A stretch of DNA of 64,000 nucleotides from NCBI GenBank assembly GCA_028710985.1, contig JAQTTB010000001.1, positions 457,864 through 521,863 on the forward strand, read 5' to 3'. The translations under genes were made by a program, and so were the position numbers. This stretch comes from Patescibacteria group bacterium. GTDB lineage: Bacteria; Patescibacteriota; Patescibacteriia; JAHJFT01. Below, piece after piece: positions 54,226 to 62,653 of the stretch. Positions within the stretch are counted from its first letter, which is position 1. Each line of letters starts with the position of its first letter. A model generated the notes under the pieces. That model made no database searches and had not been told where the DNA came from. It was given only the letters and a program-made list of their open reading frames with translations.

Positions 54226-54777
54226 TTAAAATTTCACTTCCGGAGTTTCACGCTCCATGGCTTCAATCTCAAAGAATTGGTAATTCTTGAAGCCCAGCAT
54301 CCCAGCAATCATGTTAGTCGGAAATACTTGGATCTTGGTGTTGAAGTCGCGGACATTGCCGTTATAAAAGCGGCGCGATGCCTGCACTTTGTTTTCCGTG
54401 TCCGTGAGGTCTTCCTGCAGTTTGGTAAAATTTTCCGAAGCGCGGAGCTGGGGATAGTTTTCCGCCACGGCGAACAATGTTTTCAAGGTCGCGGAGAGCG
54501 CATTTTCCGCCTTGGCCGCCTCTTCCGGGGTCTTGGCGCCCATTGCCGCGCTGCGAGCAGCTGTTACATTTTCAAAAAGCTGTTTTTCATGGCCCGCGTA
54601 GCCCTTTACGGTTTCCACCAGGTTGGGGATAAGGTCGTGCCGGCGTTTGAGCTGGACATCGATGTCCGACCAGGCTTCATCTGTGCGATTTTTGAGCGTA
54701 ATCAGGCCATTATAGGTGCCGATGAACCACAGGGCGACGACCGCAAGTACGCCAAGCAGAATGTAGACTATAATCAT
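54226..54777 (-). CDS. lemA: LemA-family protein
   Basis: N-terminal TM helix; LITLKNRTDEAWSDIDVQLKRRHDLIPNLVETVKGYAGHEKQLFENV. Confidence 0.8.
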   Translation of the reverse strand: MIIVYILLGVLAVVALWFIGTYNGLITLKNRTDEAWSDIDVQLKRRHDLIPNLVETVKGYAGHEKQLFENVTAARSAAMGAKTPEEAAKAENALSATLKTLFAVAENYPQLRASENFTKLQEDLTDTENKVQASRRFYNGNVRDFNTKIQVFPTNMIAGMLGFKNYQFFEIEAMERETPEVKF

Positions 54778-54793
54778 AATTTTGCTTATTTTA

Positions 54794-54816
54794 GCGAATA
54801 TTTTTAAGATATATTC
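54794..54816. promoter_or_regulatory. Inverted repeat GCGAATAT-N7-ATATTCGC in the divergent lemA/PGM-PMM promoter region
   Basis: Read directly. Confidence 0.3.
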
Positions 54817-54896
54817 GCCGGTTTGTATTATTTATTAATAAATTATACAATTAGATTGTAGATAAAATTTGCTAATTTGTAAAGGAATTTTTTTGT

Positions 54897-56249
54897 ATGG
54901 GCAAGATAAATGAAGGAATTTTCAAGGCTTATGACATCCGCGGCGTTTTTGGGCAGGATTTTGACACTGAAACCGCAAAACGCGTTGGCCGGGCAATGGT
55001 TAAATTCACCGGCGCCAAAACCGTGGTTGTCGGCCGGGATATGCGCAAGTCCAGCCCGGAACTTTGTCGGGCGGTGATTGACGGCATTATCTCATCCGGC
55101 GCGGATGTGGTTAATATCGGCGAATGCTCAACCCCGACTTTTAATTTTGCCCTGGCCGAATATGATCTCCACGATGCCGGCATCATGATCACCGCTTCCC
55201 ACAATCCGGCGAAATATAACGGATTCAAGCTTTGTTACGGCGATTCTCTGCCCATCGGCAAGGGTTCGGGCATGGATGAAATTAAAGAACTTGTCATGCG
55301 CGGCGGGTTTGAGGACCAGCCGGCCGGAAATGTCGTTGAATCGCCGATTACCGAGGAATATATTAAAAAGATATTTTCGTTCGTCAATGTTGATAAAATC
55401 AAACCTTTGAAAATCGTGATTGACGCGGGCAACGGCATGGCTGGGCCGATTCTTAAAAAAATTTTTAAACGCCTGCCGCAGGTTGAAGTGACGCCAATGT
55501 TTTTTGAACCGGACGGAACATTTCCCAATCATGAAGCAAATCCGATCAAAGAGGAAAATCTTCGCGACCTCAAAGAGAAGGTGAAAGAAATCGCACCCGA
55601 TCTCGGCATTGCCTTTGACGGCGATTGCGACCGCGTCGGATTCGTGGACGAACGCGGTGAAACCATATCCGGTGATTTTATCACCGCGCTTCTCGCCAAA
55701 GAAATTCTAAAAAAATATCCGGGCGCCATTATACATTATGATCTCCGTTCAAGCTGGGCCGTCCGGGATACGATTTTGGAAAACGGCGGCAAGCCGGAGA
55801 TGTGCATGGTCGGCCACGCGTTAATCAAAAAACTCATGCGCCAGACCGGCGCGGTTTTCGCGGGCGAGCTCTCCAGCCATTTTTATTTTAAAGATTTTTA
55901 CGGCGTGGAATCCGGCGATCTTACGATGCTCTATATTCTGACTTTGCTTTCAGGAGAGGGTAAAAATATATCCGAACTCGTTGCGCCGCTTAAAAAATAT
56001 TTTCATTCCGGAGAAATAAATTTTGAAGTGGATGACAAAGAGGGCAGGATGCGCGAACTGGAAGAAAAATATTCGTCCGAGGCCAAAGATGTTTCTCACA
56101 TTGACGGCATCCGTCTTGAATTTGAAGACTGGTGGTTCAATGTCCGCGCTTCCAACACCGAGCCCCTTCTGCGCCTCAATCTTGAGGCCAAGACAAAAGA
56201 GCTTATGGAAGAGAAGCGGGATGAGATAAGCAAAATTCTGAATTCTTAA
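54897..56249 (+). CDS. Phosphoglucomutase/phosphomannomutase family protein (alpha-D-phosphohexomutase)
   Basis: Active-site TASHNPAKYNGFK; metal-binding DGDCDR; GELSSH sugar-binding loop. Confidence 0.85.
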   Translation: MGKINEGIFKAYDIRGVFGQDFDTETAKRVGRAMVKFTGAKTVVVGRDMRKSSPELCRAVIDGIISSGADVVNIGECSTPTFNFALAEYDLHDAGIMITASHNPAKYNGFKLCYGDSLPIGKGSGMDEIKELVMRGGFEDQPAGNVVESPITEEYIKKIFSFVNVDKIKPLKIVIDAGNGMAGPILKKIFKRLPQVEVTPMFFEPDGTFPNHEANPIKEENLRDLKEKVKEIAPDLGIAFDGDCDRVGFVDERGETISGDFITALLAKEILKKYPGAIIHYDLRSSWAVRDTILENGGKPEMCMVGHALIKKLMRQTGAVFAGELSSHFYFKDFYGVESGDLTMLYILTLLSGEGKNISELVAPLKKYFHSGEINFEVDDKEGRMRELEEKYSSEAKDVSHIDGIRLEFEDWWFNVRASNTEPLLRLNLEAKTKELMEEKRDEISKILNS

Positions 56250-56309
56250 TTCAGGAAAGGCGAATAATTTAGACATTTTAAGGATATTATTGTAGGATAC
56301 ATTTATATT

Positions 56310-58169
56310 ATGGAAGGAAAATTTGGTGAACAATTTTTGCATCAAAGAGAACCCCAGCTCCACACCTCCAGGTTCGTGGAGCATGAAAAGAAACGAAAAA
56401 AGCTCAAGGGTGAAAAAGTATCTCAAAAACCGGCGGAAAAAATCGCCGATTGGTTTAAGGTTATTGAAAAAACCCACATGGGCCACCGCGATGACCCAAG
56501 GGTCTTGGAGCGCATCAAGCGTCAGTATCATAAAGAATACGTGATAAAACCCGATGACATTCCCGAAAGCTATTATGAAAACCAAAGGCGGCTTGCCCGC
56601 GAACAGGGCCACGGCGACATTGAAATAACCCATGAAATGAAAGACCAGCTCTCCGAAGTAATCGTCGCGGACCAGGAATCAACCCTGGACAACTGGGTGG
56701 ATTATCTTTCTTCCGAAGACTCGGACAGCTTTCCAACCTGGGCAAAATACTGGGCTTTTCGCGGCATGGTCAAGCTCTCAACCTATGACAAGGAAAAGCA
56801 CACTTTTGCCAAAAGAAAAAAAGACACGGTCGCGCCGTTCCCCGACTTAAACCGCGAAGCATTAGCTTATGTGGTTGACGCAATCGTTAAAAATGTAAAT
56901 CAGGAGCATGTCCCGGCCGAAGCCGAAAACCCGGAATTTCAAAAACTTTTACAAGGCGCGAACTTTGGCAGGCTCTATGCCTGGGCAATTGAAAAAGTCA
57001 CCCCGGCCGAAGAAAGAGAGCTTTTAACCACCGCCGGCCAGTGGATTAAATACGACCGAGGCTCTGACCACATGCCTCTTGTTGAATCTCTTCAGGGCCA
57101 TGGTACCGGCTGGTGCACGGCCGTTGAAGAAACTGCCAAATCCCAAATAGCGGGTGGCGACTTTCACGTATATTATTCATTTGACAAAGACGGAAAGCCC
57201 ACTGTCCCAAGAATCGCCATGCGCATGGCAGGCAATAGTATTGCCGAAGTGCGCGGCATTGCGCATGAACAAAACCTTGACCCCAATATCGCCGAAACCA
57301 AGATTTTGGACGATAAACTCAAAGAATTTTCTGACGGAGAAAACTACAAAAAAAAGGTGACGGATATGAAGCGCTTGACCGAAATTGAAAAGCGTTGGAA
57401 AAAGGCGCAGGATCTCACCAGGGATGATTTGCGCTTTTTGTATGAGATGGATTCCAGAATTGAAGGATTTGGCTACGATGATGACCCCAGGGTTGTAGAG
57501 CTTAGAAGCCAAAGAAACCCGGAAGCCGACATGCCCGTTGTTTTTGACTGCGCGCCCGGCGAAATCGCGCGCCATATTAAAGAAATAAATGAAAACACCA
57601 AGGTTTTTGTCGGCAAGCTTGAGCCTGGCATATTTGATCAAACGCAAAAATACGGCATTGAGCACCTTTATACCGAATTCCCCGAAAAAAAAATCAGAAA
57701 ATATGAAATCAAAATCGGCGCAAAAACCCGGGAAGAGCTTGAGCAAGAACTAAAAGAAAAAAACATCTATGTCAGCGATTGGGCAAAATCATTATTAGAG
57801 AGCAAAGACTTTCAAGCATCAAAAAACATTGAAAAAGAAAAATTAGCCAGATTAACGGTCAAAGACCTTGGCTTTCCCCGAGGCGCGACCACGGATGAAA
57901 TCTACAAACGCGGCCAAGAGCTCGGCTTAGAGCTTTGCCCGGCAGAAACCGCCCCGCATCTTAGACTGCAGTATTCGGGCAAAGAATGGCTTATGATTGC
58001 CATGAAACAAATTTTTAACCGCGACGGCGGCCTCTTCTTGGCATTCCGCCTGTCCTGGGACGGCGACCAGCTGAAGCTTCGTGGCAATCGTGCTGAGCCT
58101 TCTGACAGGTGGTTTTCGAGGCACGAGTTTGTTTTCCGCCTCCGCAAGTTTGAAACTGGGAAACATTGA
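56310..58169 (+). CDS. Hypothetical protein (619 aa), K/E-rich, no recognisable domain
   Basis: Long ORF, AT-richer than its neighbours. Confidence 0.5.
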   Translation: MEGKFGEQFLHQREPQLHTSRFVEHEKKRKKLKGEKVSQKPAEKIADWFKVIEKTHMGHRDDPRVLERIKRQYHKEYVIKPDDIPESYYENQRRLAREQGHGDIEITHEMKDQLSEVIVADQESTLDNWVDYLSSEDSDSFPTWAKYWAFRGMVKLSTYDKEKHTFAKRKKDTVAPFPDLNREALAYVVDAIVKNVNQEHVPAEAENPEFQKLLQGANFGRLYAWAIEKVTPAEERELLTTAGQWIKYDRGSDHMPLVESLQGHGTGWCTAVEETAKSQIAGGDFHVYYSFDKDGKPTVPRIAMRMAGNSIAEVRGIAHEQNLDPNIAETKILDDKLKEFSDGENYKKKVTDMKRLTEIEKRWKKAQDLTRDDLRFLYEMDSRIEGFGYDDDPRVVELRSQRNPEADMPVVFDCAPGEIARHIKEINENTKVFVGKLEPGIFDQTQKYGIEHLYTEFPEKKIRKYEIKIGAKTREELEQELKEKNIYVSDWAKSLLESKDFQASKNIEKEKLARLTVKDLGFPRGATTDEIYKRGQELGLELCPAETAPHLRLQYSGKEWLMIAMKQIFNRDGGLFLAFRLSWDGDQLKLRGNRAEPSDRWFSRHEFVFRLRKFETGKH

Positions 58170-58245
58170 AGCTTTGTTCGCTTTTGAATCCTTATTTGTT
58201 TAAATTTTTCCTACAACCTAATTCCTACAAGCTACCACCTCGTCT

Positions 58246-59028
58246 ATGATTGGCATTTTTGATTCCGGCATCGGCGGCCTGACCGTGGCGCGCGAACTAA
58301 TGCGGCAGATTCCCGAAGCCGGCATTATATATTTTGGCGATACGGCGCGCTACCCGTACGGCAATAAAAGCAAACAGACAATCGAACGCTACGCGCTCCA
58401 GGACGCGCATTTTTTAATTTCCCAGGGCGCGAAAATTATCGTCGTGGCCTGCAACACCGCGTCCGCGCTCGCGATTGACGCGCTGCAAGCCGAAATCAGC
58501 CTGCCGCTTTTTGAAGTGATTACCCCGGCCGTGGAAAAAGCGGTCCGCGTTACCGCAAGTAAAAATGTCGGCGTCATCGGCACGCGCGGTACGGTCAATA
58601 GCAGTATTTACGCCTCAAAGATCCACGACATTGATCCGCAGATAAAAGTCGCGAGCCAGGCCTGCCCGCTTTTTGTGCCGCTCGTGGAAGAAGGCTGGCT
58701 GCGCCGTCCGGAAACCAAAAAAATTGTCCGCGCCTATCTCGCGCCTCTCAAGGCGCAGGGGATCGATACGCTAATTCTGGGTTGTACTCACTATCCATTG
58801 CTCAAATCCCAGATTCAGGAAAAAATCGGCCGGCGCGTGAAGCTCGTGGATTCAGCCGAAGAGGTGGTCAGCCGGATTGTCGAATATATTAAGAATAATC
58901 CGGCTATTAAGAATCAAATTACCGGGCAGAGCCGCTTTTACTTAAGCGATGTCTCATCCCATACCGAAGGGATCGCCTCAAAATGGCTGGGAAGGGCGGT
59001 TAAGTTTGAGCAGGCGGTGGTGGAGTAA
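58246..59028 (+). CDS. murI: Glutamate racemase MurI
   Basis: IGIFDSGIGGLTV...VVACNTASA...LGCTHYPLL. Confidence 0.9.
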   Translation: MIGIFDSGIGGLTVARELMRQIPEAGIIYFGDTARYPYGNKSKQTIERYALQDAHFLISQGAKIIVVACNTASALAIDALQAEISLPLFEVITPAVEKAVRVTASKNVGVIGTRGTVNSSIYASKIHDIDPQIKVASQACPLFVPLVEEGWLRRPETKKIVRAYLAPLKAQGIDTLILGCTHYPLLKSQIQEKIGRRVKLVDSAEEVVSRIVEYIKNNPAIKNQITGQSRFYLSDVSSHTEGIASKWLGRAVKFEQAVVE

Positions 59029-59132
59029 AATTTGCTAAATCTAACCAAATTTGACAAGCTCTGCCCATCTGGTATTCTGTTATAGAATGAGAAAAAAGTT
59101 TACGCCAATCAAAAAATTATTTCTTGGGACAA

Positions 59133-59162
59133 AATTCCTCCCCGGCTGGGAGGAATTTTTTT
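59133..59162 (+). terminator. Rho-independent terminator (AATTCCTCCC-cggct-GGGAGGAATT + T7)
   Basis: Read directly. Confidence 0.5.
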
Positions 59163-59172
59163 ATCAGCCTTT

Positions 59173-59204
59173 CGGCCCCGGTCCCCCCGGGGCCGATTTT
59201 TTTT
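59173..59204 (+). terminator. Second tandem terminator (CGGCCCCGG-tcccc-CCGGGGCCG + T8)
   Basis: Read directly. Confidence 0.5.
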
Positions 59205-59224
59205 ACTAACATAATAAAAATAAT

Positions 59225-60235
59225 ATGACCAAAGACAAAAACATTATCCGGCTCTTTCACCAAATCATCCGGTCGGTCCGAGGCGGGCTTGAAGAGCGGG
59301 GATATACCGAAGTGGTTGTGCCGCGGCTCGTGCGCGCGTCCGGCGCTTGCGAAAACATCAATACGCTTTTCGAGGTCTCGGTGGAAGAAGATAAAAATTG
59401 GTTTCAGGGCCGCCGGGGATACCTTGCCCAGACCGGCCAGCTTTATCTCGAGGCTTTTGTTCCGTCGTTAAAAAAAGTGTTCTGTCTGGGCCCGAGTTTC
59501 CGCGCTGAACCGAGCGTTGACGGCCGGCATCTCACCGAGTTCACCATGGCGGAAATTGAATTCGCCGGCGGATTTGACGAGCTTCTCGCCGAGATTAGCG
59601 AAATCATTTGGAGGATCGCTCAGCATTTTGTGCAAAATAAGCCTCTCGCCGCGAGCCTCGGCCTTTCGGCCGAACAGATGGAGAGGCTCAGCCGCGTTCC
59701 GCGCAGATTCAAACAGATTACTTACGATGACGCAATTCATCATCTAATCCGCGCGGGCGAGGATATTGAATGGGGAGATGATATCGGCTCGGCGCAGGAG
59801 AAGAAATTAGTCAGTGATTTTGGCGGCGAGCCTCTTTTCATCACCCGTTTTCCGGATCCCATGTGGGATTTTAAAAAAAAGATTGAAGTTGAGAAATTTT
59901 TCAACATGATACCCGATCCCGAACATCCGGGCCGCGTGCTTTCCTGCGATCTGATTTTGCCCCACGGCGGCGAGGCGGTCGGTGCGGCCGCCCGGATTCA
60001 TGACCATGCAACCCTGGTTAAAAGACTCAAAAATTCGCGCATGTTCAAACGCCTGATTGACCGCGGCGGCAGCCTGAATGACTTTGAATGGTATATTGAA
60101 GCGGTTAAAAACGAGGGGTCCGTGCCCCACGCCGGCTGCGGCTTCGGTCTGGCCCGAATTGCCCAATTTATCCTCGGCAAAGAGGATATCCGCGAATGCG
60201 TGCCCTTTGTCGCCAACCGGCAGAATATCATCTAA
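59225..60235 (+). CDS. Class II aaRS catalytic-core protein without anticodon-binding domain (AsnRS/AspRS-core-like; candidate archaeal-type AsnA aspartate-ammonia ligase)
   Basis: Motif 2-like GPSFRAEPS...RHLTEFTMAEIEFA; motif 3-like GCGFGLARI; 336 aa. Confidence 0.5.
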   Translation: MTKDKNIIRLFHQIIRSVRGGLEERGYTEVVVPRLVRASGACENINTLFEVSVEEDKNWFQGRRGYLAQTGQLYLEAFVPSLKKVFCLGPSFRAEPSVDGRHLTEFTMAEIEFAGGFDELLAEISEIIWRIAQHFVQNKPLAASLGLSAEQMERLSRVPRRFKQITYDDAIHHLIRAGEDIEWGDDIGSAQEKKLVSDFGGEPLFITRFPDPMWDFKKKIEVEKFFNMIPDPEHPGRVLSCDLILPHGGEAVGAAARIHDHATLVKRLKNSRMFKRLIDRGGSLNDFEWYIEAVKNEGSVPHAGCGFGLARIAQFILGKEDIRECVPFVANRQNII

Positions 60236-60274
60236 ATACCGGCTTGCCCGCCTTCCACAAAAATGATACTATAT

Positions 60275-60338
60275 GAGAGCATTAAATATTTTTTAATGCT
60301 CTCATCCCGAGTCCCCCGCAGTGCGGGGGCGAGGGATC
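60275..60338. repeat. Composite structured element B: 12-bp AT hairpin (GAGAGCATTAAA/TTTAATGCTCTC) + ATCCCGA + GC hairpin (CCCCCGC-agt-GCGGGGG) + GAGGGATC
   Basis: Same architecture and conserved spacers as element A (7063-7126); ends 8 nt before the rseP ATG. Confidence 0.5.
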
Positions 60339-60345
60339 TCTCATT

Positions 60346-61515
60346 ATGCTTCTCACGATTATTATTTTCATCGCGGTTCTCTCCCTGCTGGTCTTTGCCC
60401 ATGAGCTCGGCCATTTTTGGGTTTCGCGGCTCTTCGGCGTCAAAGCCGAGGAGTTTGGTTTTGGTTTGCCGCCGCGGATTGTCGGCGTGGTCAAGGATGA
60501 TGCCGGAAAATGGCGCGTCGTCGGCGGAAAAGATGAAGCCGTTTTTAAGCGGACAATCTATTCGCTGAACTGGATCCCGGTCGGCGGATTTGTAAAAATC
60601 AAAGGTGAAAGCGGCGAGGCGCAGGGCGATAACGACAGTTTTTCCACCCGAAAAATCTGGCAGAGGGCCTTAATGCTTTCCGCCGGCGTGATTATGAATG
60701 TGGTTCTGGCGGCCGGCATTCTTTCGCTCGGTTTTATGCTTGGCCTGCCGTCGGTGGTTGATGATGAACCTCCGACCGGCGCGATCGTGCGCGACCGCGA
60801 GATACAGATTCTTTCCGTTCTTAAGGATTCACCCGCCGCCGCGGCTGGACTTGCCTCCGGCGATGTTATTCAAAAAATTGACGGCCGGGATTTTACCACC
60901 ACCGCTGAAGTGCAGGAATATGTCAGCGGCCGCGAGAATCAGGAAACCGAATTTATTTTCAACCGCCAGGGGACTGAGCTTGTAAAAAAAATCACCCCCG
61001 TGAAGCTTGCTGAAACCCCGCATGGCGGGGGCATCGGCATCGGCCTCGCCGACGTGGGCCTGGTTTCGTATCCGTTCCATGTCGCGATTTGGCGCGGCAC
61101 CCAGTCGGCCGTTTTTCTCACCGGCGAAGTTATTATTGCTTTCGGCGAACTCATCAAAAATCTTGTGGTGAAACAGGAAGTTGCCGTGGATCTCTCCGGA
61201 CCGGTCGGCATCGCGGTGCTTACCGGACGCGCGGTGCGCATGGGCATTACCTATCTTTTGCAATTTACCGCTTTTCTTTCAATCAATCTCGCGGTGGTGA
61301 ATTTTCTGCCCTTCCCGGCGCTGGACGGCGGCCGCGTGTTTTTCCTTATCTTAGAAAAAATTCGGCGCCGCCCGGTGAGCGTCAGGCTTGAGAGCCTGAT
61401 ACACAATATCGGTTTTGCCCTGCTTATGGTTCTGGTCGTGCTCATTACTTACCGCGACCTGGTGCGCGCAAGCGGCCAGATTATCGGCGGATTAAAGAAA
61501 CTAATCGGAGTTTAA
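60346..61515 (+). CDS. rseP: RIP metalloprotease RseP (site-2 protease, M50 family, with PDZ domain)
   Basis: HELGHFWVSRLFGV (HExxH); PDZ region; C-terminal ...NLAVVNFLPFPALDGG. Confidence 0.85.
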   Translation: MLLTIIIFIAVLSLLVFAHELGHFWVSRLFGVKAEEFGFGLPPRIVGVVKDDAGKWRVVGGKDEAVFKRTIYSLNWIPVGGFVKIKGESGEAQGDNDSFSTRKIWQRALMLSAGVIMNVVLAAGILSLGFMLGLPSVVDDEPPTGAIVRDREIQILSVLKDSPAAAAGLASGDVIQKIDGRDFTTTAEVQEYVSGRENQETEFIFNRQGTELVKKITPVKLAETPHGGGIGIGLADVGLVSYPFHVAIWRGTQSAVFLTGEVIIAFGELIKNLVVKQEVAVDLSGPVGIAVLTGRAVRMGITYLLQFTAFLSINLAVVNFLPFPALDGGRVFFLILEKIRRRPVSVRLESLIHNIGFALLMVLVVLITYRDLVRASGQIIGGLKKLIGV

Positions 61516-61519
61516 ATTT

Positions 61520-62542
61520 ATGGACGCGCAGCTGGAAGGTTTATCAAAAAAATTTAATCAGGAAATCGCCGCCGCAAGAGACAGCAGGACGGCCGGGGAT
61601 ATTGAAATTAAATATTTGGGACGCCGCGGTGAATTGACGCGGATTTTACGCGGTCTGGACCGGCTGCCCATGGAGCGTCGGCGCGCCCTTGGAAGCGAAG
61701 CCAATGCGCTCAAGGTTCAGCTTGAAAAAATTATTAAAGAAAAAATTAAAACTTTTTCCGCCGCGGAATTCAGGGGACTCGGGCAGAAAGAACGGGTTGA
61801 TATCACCGCGCCGGCGCGCCGCCGGGTCGGCCATCTTCATCCGGTTTCCATAATTCAGCGCGAGCTCGAAGACCTGTTCCGCGGTATGGGTTTCATTGTT
61901 GCCGCCGGTCCGGAGCTTGAATCGGATTATTATAATTTTGAAGCCCTGAATATTCCGCCGCACCATCCGGCCCGCGATATGCAGGATACATTCTATATAG
62001 AAGGCCGGGATGATTTGGTTCTGCGCACCCAGACATCGCCGATTCAGATACGCGCGATGCAAAAATACGGCGTTCCGCTCCGCATGATCGGGCCGGGCCG
62101 TTGTTTTCGGAATGAAGCGACCGACGTGCGCCATGAGCACACGTTTTATCAGCTTGAGGGGGTCGTAATAAGCGAGGATACGAGTTTCGCCGATATGAAG
62201 GGGGTGCTGGAAATTGTCGCGCGGCATCTTTACGGACAAAAAACCGAAGTGCGCTTGCGTCCGAAATTTTTCCCGTTTGTCGAGCCCGGTGTGAACGGCG
62301 AGGTCACCTGTTTCTTGTGCCGCGGCAAGGGCTGCCGCCTGTGCAAGGGGAGCGGCTGGCTTGAGATATTCGGCGCCGGCATGATTCATCCGAACGTTCT
62401 CTCGGTTGGCGGCGCTGATCCCAAAAAATATCAGGGATTTGCCTTTGGTTTCGGGCTGACGCGGCTCGTGATGCTTAAATATAACATTGACGATATCCGC
62501 CATTTCCTAAGTGGCGACCTGAGGTTTATCCAGCAATTTTAG
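61520..62542 (+). CDS. pheS: Phenylalanine--tRNA ligase alpha subunit
   Basis: HPARDMQDTFY...FRNE...GSGWLEIFGAGMIHPNV...GFAFGFGLTRL. Confidence 0.9.
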   Translation: MDAQLEGLSKKFNQEIAAARDSRTAGDIEIKYLGRRGELTRILRGLDRLPMERRRALGSEANALKVQLEKIIKEKIKTFSAAEFRGLGQKERVDITAPARRRVGHLHPVSIIQRELEDLFRGMGFIVAAGPELESDYYNFEALNIPPHHPARDMQDTFYIEGRDDLVLRTQTSPIQIRAMQKYGVPLRMIGPGRCFRNEATDVRHEHTFYQLEGVVISEDTSFADMKGVLEIVARHLYGQKTEVRLRPKFFPFVEPGVNGEVTCFLCRGKGCRLCKGSGWLEIFGAGMIHPNVLSVGGADPKKYQGFAFGFGLTRLVMLKYNIDDIRHFLSGDLRFIQQF

Positions 62543-62547
62543 TCAAA

Positions 62548-62650
62548 AGTTAAAAATCAAAAGTTAAAAGTTGAGTTAAAAGTTTACAAGTTAATTTATA
62601 ATGGACTTATTGATTTTTGACTTGACTTTAGACTTTTAACTTTAGACTAA
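62548..62650. repeat. Long imperfect inverted repeat built from AAAAGTTAAAAG / CTTTTAACTTT units between pheS and pheT
   Basis: Left arm GTCAAAAGTTAAAAATCAAAAGTTAAAAGTTGAG..., right arm ...GACTTTAGACTTTTAACTTTAGAC. Confidence 0.35.
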
Positions 62651-62653
62651 GTT

